A DNA stretch of 64,000 nucleotides, taken from assembly GCA_012295275.1 (NCBI GenBank), contig CM022672.1, positions 34,162,001 to 34,226,000 on the forward strand, read 5' to 3'. The DNA is from Chrysomallon squamiferum (Eukaryota; Animalia; Mollusca). This document shows positions 1 to 11,800 of this stretch, in pieces (position 1 is the stretch's first letter; every line of letters begins with the position of its first letter). Position numbers and translations under genes: made by a program. The notes beneath the pieces were generated by a model. The model saw nothing but the letters and a program-made list of their open reading frames with translations. It was not told the origin of the DNA and made no database searches.

Positions 1-912
1 GACAACATATATTTAAAACTAGTTATACTTCAAAATAAAAACAACATCGAAAAATACATTAAATAACAAAAATTAAAAAAAAAAAAAGAAACGATATCCT
101 TTATAAACATTTACTATAATCGCTCTGAAACTATGAGCAGTTATATTAAACATGATTAATATTATAACATTATTCAATATAAACATAGGCTAAAATAAAA
201 TAATTAAAAATTACGAAACAAATTTAAATATTAAAAAATAAAAACACATCTAAACTTGGTAGACGTATAACAAATGTTTCTTTACCAAGTGTATATCTGT
301 TAGATATAACATATTAACAAAAAAAATGTTTATTTCTGAAAACTTAACGAAATTATGAATCACTTTTCCCAAGGCGTGAAAAAACCTTTGGCAAGTAATA
401 TGCGCTGTGGCCAGTAATGGCGAGTTTTTTTCTTCTTCTTTACACTGCAGGGCCGAATTTTAATATAAGCTGGAAAATCCGCAACTTATAAATTCTGTGT
501 TCAGTGTTATTTATTTTATTTTCTGTAAATATTAAATAGACTTTCCGCTGTTAATGTTTAATACGAAAATGTTAGTAGATGACGTAAAATGATCGATCCC
601 TGAGTTGAGAAAAAAATCTTCTGCGGAAAAACTATCACGTGATTTATTACAGCACTAAGGAAACGTTTGACATAATTATTATAACAATGTATTTTCGTAT
701 AATCACTACACTGAAACTATGTCTGAATCCATCATTTCTCTAAACACTGTGTAAGATTCACCAGTGCATAATACTTGCTGTAGTTGTCGAAAGTTACCGT
801 TCTTGTTTCAGCGCCCTCTATAAGACTAGACAGTAAACAGTGGAAACTAATGTAATAACAGCACAATGGCTAGCACCATAAATACGTTTAAAGATTTGAT
901 CGTAGCAAATTT

Positions 913-1205
913 CTACTTCTTTTTCTTTTTTCCTTTCTTCCCCTTCTTTCCTCCTTTCTTTCCCTTTTTGCCTTTCTTTACTTTAGTTTTACTATCAACT
1001 TTTGGAATGGCATAGGCGGGAATTATCGGCGTATCTCTGATCTCGTCCGCAAGAACGGGTTCGACGCCATTTTGTGTTTGTCTCATAACGTCCCAAGAAT
1101 TTGAATAATATTTGCTGAAATCAATCGGTCGAACTGTCGACTTGGTTTCAGCTTCGTTACTAGCTCCGTTCAGTAGCAACAATTTCACTATTTCAGTATG
1201 GTTAC
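913..1205 (-). CDS. Ankyrin gene exon 3
   Basis: Acceptor tttcag|GTAACC; NHTEIVKLLLLNGA...KKGKKKKK then stop. Confidence 0.85.
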
Positions 1206-1236
1206 CTGAAAGTAATAATAAAAATAACAACAACAA

Positions 1237-1291
<55 letters not shown>

Positions 1292-1342
1292 TTCACTATT
1301 TCAGTATGGTTACCTGAAAGTAATAATAAAAATAACAACAAC

Positions 1343-1402
<60 letters not shown>

Positions 1403-1537
1403 CTCCCAAAATAAAATAAAATAATTAATTCAGTACAAAACGAAAAATAATTTTAAAATAATTTTTTTTTTAAATCTGAAATTTGGAAAAGGAATTAAAA
1501 TGAAAATACGAACCTTTCAAACTGCCTATTAAAATAA

Positions 1538-1584
<47 letters not shown>

Positions 1585-1758
1585 CTGTACGGCAGTGTGA
1601 ATGTACTTGCCTTTAGACGCAAGGTGAAGTGGTGATACATGAGACCCAACTGTAAAGTTTGGATCAGCTCCACATTCCAGTAAGAGTCGGACAATATCCA
1701 AGTAACCACCTGAAAAATATAGAATGAAAATCATTTATTTATTTATTTGTTTGCTTGT

Positions 1759-1797
<39 letters not shown>

Positions 1798-1925
1798 TGT
1801 ATTTGGTTGTTTATTTATTTATTTTTTTTTTTTTTTTTTTTGTTTATTTGTTTGTTAGTTTGTTTATTATTTTATTTATTTATTTATTTGTCTGCCATCA
1901 CTATATTAAGTATGTTTCCCATACC

Positions 1926-1973
<48 letters not shown>

Positions 1974-2650
1974 TATTATGTTACTGTTTGTGTAGATGTG
2001 TTTTGTGTGTATTTGTATTTATATGTGCTGTACGATGGAGATAAAATCAATCTGTTACCAGTAAAAAATTGTATTTTACATCTGACACAAGTAACATTGG
2101 TGGAACAGAAACAAGAAATAGGTACATTGTGGAAGTTAGATCCTGTGAACCATAGTTTACCAAGCAATGGCACTTAATTATATAGATTCAGATATATAGA
2201 TATCGATATAAATAGAGATACAGATATACAGATATCGATATAAATAGAGATACAGATATATAGATATTGATATAAATATAGATTGAGATATATAGATATC
2301 GATATAGATAGAGATACAGATATATAGATATCGATATAGATAGAGATTCAGATATATAGATATCGATATAAATAGAGATACAGATATACATAGGCACACA
2401 GTAGAAGTTAGATCCTGGGGACTTAGATCCACAAGTGATCATGCTTAATCAACACACACACAATAAACAAATAAATAAACGTGTTACAACAGCCACATAC
2501 AAAAGAGCAATATGTTGTTGATGATGATGATGATGATCATGATGATAATTATAATGTCAATGTAGCCACATTTAAATATAAACATATAGTGTATTTATAA
2601 TTATTGTTACTATTTCTTGTGTTTCTATGATACATATGTGTTTATGTATC

Positions 2651-2696
<46 letters not shown>

Positions 2697-2922
2697 TATT
2701 TATGAGAGAGAAATAAAAGAAAACTGTAAATATATTAATACTGATACCTGCACAGGCATTAGTCAAAGCAGTATAACCATTGTCATCAAGAATATTTGGG
2801 TTTACATTCTTTCGTAAAAGCTTTCTTACAGTAGATATGTCACCAGACGCTGCGGCGGAAACCATTCGTATTTTCATTTCCCTACCCATAAAAACTTTCG
2901 ACATATGTAACAGTTTCGCCAT
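913..2922 (-). CDS. Ankyrin-repeat protein with C-terminal KKGKKG tail; 3 exons (2748-2922, 1611-1709, 913-1205), 188 aa
   Basis: Joined exons give about three ANK repeats (AAASGDISTVRKLL, GYTALTNACAGGYLDIVRLLLECGADPN, SPLHLASKGNHTEIVKLLLLNGA). Both introns are phase 1. Total 567 nt. Confidence 0.88.
1180..1400. repeat. 108-nt direct duplication of the ankyrin exon-3 acceptor embedded in (AAT)n
   Basis: tttcactatttcagtatggttacctgaaagtaataataaaaataacaacaacaa at 1183 and 1291. Confidence 0.9.
1611..1709 (-). CDS. Ankyrin gene exon 2 (99 nt, one repeat length)
   Basis: Acceptor tttcag; GGYLDIVRLLLECGADPN...LHLASK; GC donor AAG|GCAAGT. Confidence 0.85.
2178..2395. repeat. Compound GATA/TATA minisatellite
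   Basis: Repeated gatatcgatataaatagagatacagatata units. Confidence 0.8.
2748..2922 (-). CDS. Ankyrin gene exon 1
   Basis: ATG at 2922; MAKLL...TALTNACA; donor G|GTATCA. Downstream in-frame ATGs are alternative starts. Confidence 0.85.
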
Positions 2923-2986
2923 TTTGTATTAATTATTTAGTTCTATTTTAAGTTAAAAGTAAATATTTGAGCGGCGAACAATAACG

Positions 2987-2999
2987 GTTGTCAAGCAAC
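2987..2999. promoter_or_regulatory. X-box-like (RFX) motif GTTGTCAAGCAAC in the divergent promoter
   Basis: Imperfect palindrome about 65 bp upstream of the ankyrin-gene ATG. Confidence 0.45.
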
Positions 3000-3154
3000 T
3001 GTTTACATAGACCATTTATAGTTTTATTGAATCGAAGAGTTGAAAGTTATATCAGAGTTATCTCCCTGTGGACAATACTACACTAGTATTGGCTCTAAGC
3101 ACTTTTAAAAACACCTGAAACAATAAATAAATAACTACATAACTAAATAAATAT

Positions 3155-3192
<38 letters not shown>

Positions 3193-3429
3193 AAAAATAA
3201 ATAAAGACTAAGAATAAGACTAGTGCGATCACACGGAATTATTACTACAGCGTAAGAATGAATCAGGAAAATATGTAATATAAAATAAAATAAAATAAAA
3301 TAAAATAAAAATATAATATAAATCAGATATGTAAACAAAATGCTTAATAAAGCCAAAAGGATGAGCATAATTTCTGCAGACACAAAAACGTATTCTTTGT
3401 TTTTTTTCTTCTTTTTTTCTTTTTTTTTT

Positions 3430-3437
3430 TGACGTCA
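3430..3437. promoter_or_regulatory. CRE palindrome TGACGTCA
   Basis: Exact CREB/ATF site about 125 bp upstream of the SMYD3 ATG. Confidence 0.35.
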
Positions 3438-3562
3438 TAAGAGGCTTTTTTAACAAATCGTTTTCCTTTTTGACAGAATCGAAAGTGTTCATCGCTTAAG
3501 AGATTTTAAGAGTGAGCATATAGTGTTATTATTTATTAATAAGAACTATTATTGACTGCACA

Positions 3563-3663
3563 ATGTCATGCAAACGCGGAGATCTAATAGTTTCAGCTGA
3601 TCCATACGTTCATGTACTAAATAAACATGAAAGAAAGAAAAGATGTGACGCCTGCTTTAAATG
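3563..3663 (+). CDS. SMYD3: SMYD3-like exon 1
   Basis: MSCKRGDLIVSADPYVHVL...RCDACFK; donor GTAAGT. Confidence 0.85.
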
Positions 3664-4092
3664 GTAAGTATCATAGTATGAGTGTAAATTCCTCACTTTA
3701 TGAAGAAGCACCTAAATATTTCCATTTGTTGATATAACTGGGGTTTTGGTTGTTATTGTTTTGTTTTTTATAATAAAATAATATATATTTGTGGTTTGAT
3801 AGAATGGCTTGGTTGATATAGCGGAGTGTTAACGATTTTCTTTTTTTTTACATTAATAATACTGAAGGTGAATTTTACAGTTAAGCCAAAATATTCAAAT
3901 AATCATGACTTCAGCTCCTAATAAATTTTTAAAATTCTAATTGTCTTTCAGTTTCAGTCTTTTGTTTTATTTTCCTAAATTTAATTAATTAATTAATTCA
4001 TTCATTTATTTACTTTAGTGGCTGCTTTTTTTTATTATGATATAAAATTAATTGTGTCATGATGACCTGGAAAAGAAATAATAATAATAAAA

Positions 4093-4138
<46 letters not shown>

Positions 4139-6043
4139 TTTATTTGTTTGTTTATTTATTTATTTATTTTTCAGCAGTAACAGTTTAAAGAAGTGCTCAG
4201 CTTGTGGTATTGTTTATTACTGCAATGTGAAGTGTCAGGTAAAAATGTGTTATAAAACATACCATTGAAACAACAAAATAACCTAATAGAAATAATAAAA
4301 AAATAAAAGTAGATGATACCTAATCATGTTGAATAATCTCACTTATTCCTGTTATAGACACAATGTTACTGACTAAGGTGACTATAGTGACTGTTTTAAG
4401 TAGTAATAATGAATAATAACAGAATCTCTGGTTTGACATTTTAGTATGTAACCCTTGACGTCAAATCAGATCTTAACCGACTTAAGTGTTAAACATGGAG
4501 TTTTAGCCAAAAATAGCTGAGTGAACCAGAAATTTAAGGTTTTAATATTTTGTTTAAAAAGGGTTTAGACATAATTTATCTCTTTGTTCCATATATGAAA
4601 CTGATAGAATAAGACCTGGTTCATTATGATGGGTTAATTACTTTTCATCAGTCCTATATAATGTACACGTGTATTGTCTGCTTTTAGCTGCAGTTCAGAT
4701 TTTCAATAGTTAAATAATATTTTTATATTAATAGTTTATATTATTTTGAAATATTAATTGAGGCAGATTACTGACTAAAAATACTGATGTTGGCAGCAAA
4801 GATTTTTTTGAATGAAATTTCACATAATTTTTGCATTTGTTTATGTATGTTTATATATGTGTGGTGCATATGTTTGTGTTTGTTTCTGCATGTGTATTCA
4901 TTGATATATATATATATATATATATATAAATATTGTTGTATGTGGATTTTTTTGTGTCTCTTAGTGTAAATTATTCATCTAAACTAAATATGTCATTCAT
5001 GTTTACAGAACTTTAAACTGTTTTGTTTTAGCAAGAAGATTATCGTGTTCATAAAGAAGAATGCTGCTGTCTGAAGCAGACGTTTCCCAGAATTCCCACT
5101 GAAAGTGTCCGTCTGCTTCTCAGACTGGTCATACGACACACGGTAGCCATTGTTATAAACAATTCATAATTATATTTTTCAGCTAGATCATTTTATATTG
5201 TTTGTTCCAGGTGATAAATATCATTGCTTTTTGGGGGTTTTTAATTCAGTTATTTGATTAATATCAATTTTGCTGAGTTTTCATATAAAAGGTAAAAATA
5301 AAGTAATAATATTATTATTACATGTCACTCAGTAAATTAGAAATTTAGATCTAATATAACATAACTTCAAATAAATATTTGTTACATGAGTTTTATTTAA
5401 AAGCTAGGTACTCCAAAATAGGTTTGTAAAACGTTAATAAACCAACAAGCTGTTATTAGAAATAATTATCTTCTGTAGAATCACAGAGGTTAGCACCAAA
5501 ACTGTTTTAATACAAATGATTAGTGCTTGTTGTACAAAATGTTCAACTGCTCTTTCTGTAAATGTTCTAACATTCAAAGAGTTTTTAGTGTTAAATATTT
5601 ATCTGTATAGAAATATTTATTAATGTAGAAGTTTTAGCTGTACAAAATAATTTATCAACATAAAAATAGTTAAATATTGTTGAGTCAAATATTTATATAT
5701 AACATTTTTCTGTAAAAAAACAAATGCATTGGTTCCAAAGCTTTACCTTGTAAAATGTTTATCTAACACTGAAGGAATTCTTGGGGTAAAATATTTATTA
5801 GTTATTTTTATATAAATACTGGCTTGGAACAAAGTTAATAATGTTTTCTAAATGAAAGTCAAAGACAGTATTTAGATTTTTGTATACACAATTACTGAAC
5901 TACATGCCATTTGGTTTAACTTTCAGAAAATATTTAATATTTCATTTCAGATTGGTATGAAAGAAAATCTGCCTGTCAAATATTATATGAAATGATGTAT
6001 GAAATTTGTTTCTGTAGTTATTTGTTTGTTTGGGTTTTTTTGC

Positions 6044-6083
<40 letters not shown>

Positions 6084-7854
6084 ATTATAAAAATATTACT
6101 TAATTCACAGCATGGAGATGAGAAAAAGTTTGCTGAAATAGACACTGCAAAATGGAGGACATTTAATGAACTTCAAACTCGTAAGTGTTAACGTCTCTTC
6201 AGTTTATTAATATTAATTTTCATATATTATTAATAGTATTCAGTGGTATTAATATCAGTATTCAGTGGTATTAATATCAGTATTCAGTGATATTAATATC
6301 AACATTCAGTGATATTGATATTAATATTAATATTTGTCTCTTACTAATATCAATATTCATATATTGCAATGAAGATTTGAAAAAGTAAAACCTGTTACTG
6401 AAATAGCCGTTATGGTTAATTCGTTACAATAAATCAGTAACTGTTCTTTTATAGGCATCATCCTTTACACAGGAAAATAATCTGAAAGCATTTTATAGGA
6501 AACAATATGGCTTAGTATTTCAGAAACCATCTGGGAATTTACACACCCATATCACCTGTAGGCATAGAAGTAGAACTAATTTAATCTTGTTAATTAGTGT
6601 ACATTAGTTAGGGATACAAATATTTAAGAAAGTATATCGATTCTATTTAAGAACACATTTAAAATCTGGTTATATGCTGTATACAGACATAATACAGAGT
6701 ACCTAAACAGTCTGGACAAAATATTATTTTAATAAAAAAAAAGATATAGAAAAAGTACAAGATTATTTTTCATAACCAGACCAAAGCTGCTTTTTAAAAT
6801 ACTGTTTTCTATACAGAATAATTTATAACTTTTATTTCAGATACACAGGAAATTAAAAAAGATAACCAAAGAATGGTAATTTTCTGCACAAAATCACAAT
6901 GTTATAAGAATGGAGATATTTCAGATATTTAAACATTTTACTTTCAGATGTGGAGGAAATTAAAAAAGATACAAAAAGAATGGAGGTTTTCACACAACTC
7001 TCTTTCACTCTTCATGAGTTTGTTGGAGATGTCTTCCCTCTTCCTGAAGTAAAACAGCTACTTGAGCTGTTTGGAAAGGTAAACCTGCAGTTTAGATTTT
7101 TATTATTTCAAAACAAGGTGAAAATTAAAAATATATATAAATAAATAATGAACAATCAAAAGAGAAGAAACATTTGCCTAACTACAATATTATTATTACC
7201 AGATAATAATTACACATAATCATTAAAAAAGAAGAAAAGAATCTGAGAAGAATAAAGCACCCAAAAAGTTTAAGAAGAATGTAAAATAAAAGTTTAAGAA
7301 ATATGTAAGGAATGTTAAACAAAAATTAATGGACTAAAACCACATTTAATTTATTCTTATGTTCCAAAATTTAAAAATATTTAAAATGAAATAAAAGTTT
7401 AGGAAAAGAAAGTGCAATAATTTAATGCTTTCTTCCATTATTTTTTTCTTTTACATTTTTAATTCACCTGTAAAGATTTTTGAAGATTTTATTTATAGAT
7501 GGCCATAAACAGCTTCACAATCTGTGATGCAGAGATGCAAGCAATAGGAACAGGAATATATCTCAGGTTTGTGGTGTGGAAAATAGTATTTTTGAAAGCA
7601 GTTTTCTATTGGTTACAAAACTTGATTTTTTCTTTGATCTTCTAATTTTTTTGAAAATCATATCCCGACTATTTGTTTTAATTTGTAGCTGATACTTGTG
7701 ATAAATATCTTGTGAAATTAAGTGATAAAAGAAATACAGACAAAAATTACAATATTTTTGTGTTATGATAATATTTAAAAAAAAAACACAAAGAAAATAG
7801 AAGAAAGAAAAAAACCCAGTATAAAAAAACAACCAAGGTGAATGTTTTGTTTTT

Positions 7855-7917
<63 letters not shown>

Positions 7918-8833
7918 ATAAGTTTAACTAATCAGAATACAGTTAATTTTAAAATTTCATTCTATTTAGGAAATTAACTTTTATTTTTCCCTGATATTTA
8001 ATTTGAAAATACTTTTTTTCAGCCCTTCCCTTTTGGATCACAGCTGTCAACCGAATGCAGTAGCTACATTTACTGGTAAAACTGTGTGTATTCGAGCAGT
8101 GGAAAACATCGAACAACCAAAACCTTCCCAGGTTTGTTATTAAGCTTGTTTTATTCTTTACTTCTTTATTATTTAATTCATTGGCTACTAGTACACATTA
8201 TGAAGAAGTATTAAAATTAATTAATATTAACATAAAAACAAATGTGTATATTTAAATACATCAAAACACTGAACAACCAAAATCATCCCAGATATATATA
8301 TATTTTTTTTTCTTTATTCATCACATCTACCACATATTATAAAGAGTATTTTTAACTATTAACCTTTTCAAAAAAACCAACTGTTCACAGTTTTTAATAA
8401 GTTAAGGAAATAAAAGATGCTAAAAATACATTTTTTTTTTTTTTTTTTGACGGTGTATTCTCTATACAGTCCTGTTTTTGTAGTAAAATATCCCTGATGC
8501 TAAAAATAAATAAACAATTAGTTAAACAATAAAACATTTGAGATAATCAAAGATTATAGAAATTAATCAGTGTTCTGGAGATGTCAAAATGAATATTATT
8601 TGCTGCTGTGAGAAAAGTAATAAGGATCCTCTAGTAAATAATAATAATATAATGATGATGATGATGATAATAACAGTGGTAGTAGTAATAGTAGTAATAA
8701 ATAATAATAATAATAATAGTAGAAGTAATAGCAATAACAACAATAACAGTAATAACAACAGTTGTAGTAAGTAATAATAATAATAATAAATAATAATAAT
8801 AATAATAATATAATAATAATAATTATAATAACA

Positions 8834-8868
<35 letters not shown>

Positions 8869-11800
8869 GAATAATAACAACAGCAATAACAACAATAAAA
8901 ACGATGGTAACAATAATAAAAACACTGATAATAGCAGAGTAATAATAATAATAATAATAGCAAAAAATAAGAAGAAAAACATGAGTAATACTTGTAACAA
9001 TTATAAATGAAATTATTTTAAAATCCTTTCTGTCAGGTTTTCATCAGCTACATTGATCAGCTTGCAGAGAGTTCTGACAGGAGGAGACAACTGGAGGAGC
9101 AGTATTATTTCACCTGTCAGTGTTCTAGATGCATGGACACAAGTCTTGTAAGTGAACATTAAAAGATTTTCTCAACACACACATATTTGACCAATCAGAT
9201 TTCATGTACTTGTCCTTAGGCAAATTTATGTTGGTTCTTACAACTATTTCTATTGGTTGAGTCTGCAAATATCATTTCTCATATTTAATATGAATAGTTG
9301 TAACACAGATTTCTATTGGTTAAACTGTTCTTATAGCTTTGTTTTTGCTGGTTGTTATGCAGATCTGTATTTTCTTGATTGTTATAATATCTCTCATTGG
9401 CTGAATTTAATGAACATTTCTGTTGAATTATTGTAATATGGTTTTCTGTTGACTGAAATGTCGAATTCCTGTTATCATTTTTGAATATAAATTTTCTGTT
9501 TTCATGCTAGTGGAAAAACTATCAATTATAATAGGTCATAAAATTTTTTTTTTTAAATTAAAGAATTAATAGGTATTGCAGAAATTAACTTATTTTAAAA
9601 AGTGGAAAAAGATGGATCTTCATTATTTCAAATGCAAAACTCAACAAGATTACTTTAATCTGTTTATTTAGTTTAAGGAAATGAGCAAATTTACACTGCA
9701 AAATGACTACTGCTGAAAAAAAAAAAAAAAAAAAAGTAGAAGAAAATTACACACTCATGATTTCCATTGCAATGGGTTCTGTAAACGAATTTTAAACAGT
9801 CTGTAACTTTGTGTTAAAATTTCATGAGAGAGCATCTTTGAAACAGATATTTCACTTCTGCAGTTGATAAACTCTCATATAGCAAAAAAGTAGTACACTG
9901 TTAAAGAATGCATCCATGCAGAATCTTTGTTTAGGACTTGTAAAGAGGAACATAAACAGTAGAAGCAAGGAAATATTAATATCAGCCTTCCCATAAACAG
10001 TAAAAGTCAGTTAGAAGCAAGGAAATGTTAATATCAGCCTTCCCATAAACAGTAAAAGCTACTCAGTCTGTTAGAAGCAAGGAAATATTAATATCAGCCT
10101 TCCCATAAACAGTAAAAGCTACTCGACCTATTATAAGCAACAAAATGTTAATATCAGCCTTCCTATAAACAGTAAAAGCTACTCAGTCAGTTAGAAGCAA
10201 GGAAATGTTAATATCAGCCTTCCCATAAACAGTGAAAGCTACTACGTCTATTAGCAGCAAGGAAATGTTAATAACTGCCTTCCCATAAACAGTAAAAGCT
10301 ACTCAGTCTGTTAGAAGCAAGGAATTTACTTTGTTTTTTCCATCCCATAGACAGAAAACAGTTACCATGGTTACATGCACCAGTCATAGGTGACAAACAC
10401 AGAATTAGGAAATGCCTGGCTAGATAATCATAGAGACCTGATCCTTGGTCCAGTCACTGAAGTCTTCTGCTTAACCAGTAAATTTCAGTTATTCCCAGTC
10501 TACGAGGCTGATAACAAAGACAGTGTTTCACAACACGTTTATTTTGTAAATTCGAACTTCGTTTAAATCGGGCATTGAAACAGCCAGAAGTTCGGATTTG
10601 AAACACGCGAGTCCTGTCGGTCTCTGAAGTCCATGAGAATGAGTGAGCAGCACCTGGAGGAACTGACCCTCGGAGGAAAACACAACCACTCTGTCGTTGC
10701 CAGAGTCGGCTACAAACACCCTGTCAGTATCGTCCACCACAACGGCTTTTGGATAACGCAGCTGCCCGTTCAGCGAGCCGTAGGAGCCAAACCTGTGCAC
10801 AAAGACACCGCTGCTGTCGAACACTTTGATGCTGTGGTTGCTGGAGTCGGAGACATAGATGTTGTCGTGCAGGTCGCAGTCCACGTAGCCGGGGTTGTTG
10901 AAGGTGACGTCTGATGCGCCGTGACCTCCGAACTGCTGTTCCAGGCGACCGCACTGCGTCATGACGGTGACGTTTTCAAAATCATGTCGGTGAAGACGAA
11001 GTTGCCGGTCAGAGAGGTCGCGAGGCCGTAGGGCAGTGTCGACGCTGACGGGAAGATTGTCTTGACGAGATTCCCGTCCGAGCTGTAAACTTTGATTGAT
11101 TTCGTCAGCTCGTCGGTCACGGCGATCTTCTCCTCTGTTACCATGGTAACGCACCTGGGAATGATCTCGCCGCTGGCGATGGTGGCGACGCTGTCGCTGT
11201 CCTTGTCGAATATCTGTAGCCGCCGGTTGCCGTTCTCTGCGACAATGAGTTTGCCGTCTGTCATGAAGCAGACGTTGTAGGGAAGACTGAGATCGCCAGC
11301 AGAACGACCGAAACCTCCGAAAATTCGAATCAGTTGAGTAGAAAGCAGCGAGAACAGTCTGCCGCGACTGTCAGCTGGAAGTGAACCAATCAGATGGCTC
11401 GTACTTCTGTCGTCAGATGAATTTCTACCATCTGTGTTATTGTGTTGTGCGTTTCCATTAGATAATCTGTAACGTGCATTTCGATTGGCTGCGATTTTGT
11501 AAAGTGTGTTTCTATTGGCTGAACTGTCGTAATCTGGATTTGTGTTGGATGATGCTGGATGTTCCTGTTGAGTTAACTGATCAGAAATGTTGTGGTTGTT
11601 GTGCTTTGTCAGCAGATATCTAGACTCTTCTGAAGCATCTTCCTCGGTGATGCTGGGGGGTGTGTTCTGTGCGTCTGCCAGCTCTTCATCTCTTACTTCA
11701 CATGTTGGCCTGGCACTAGCACACAGCGCGGGTTTCCTCTTCAGTTCCACGTTTTGAATTTTACCAAATTTGAAACTGTGGCCGGGAACGAATCTGACAA

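Noticed and set aside
360-660. GC-richer patch resembling a DNA-transposon end
   Set aside because: No partner inverted repeat, target-site duplication or transposase found in the window.
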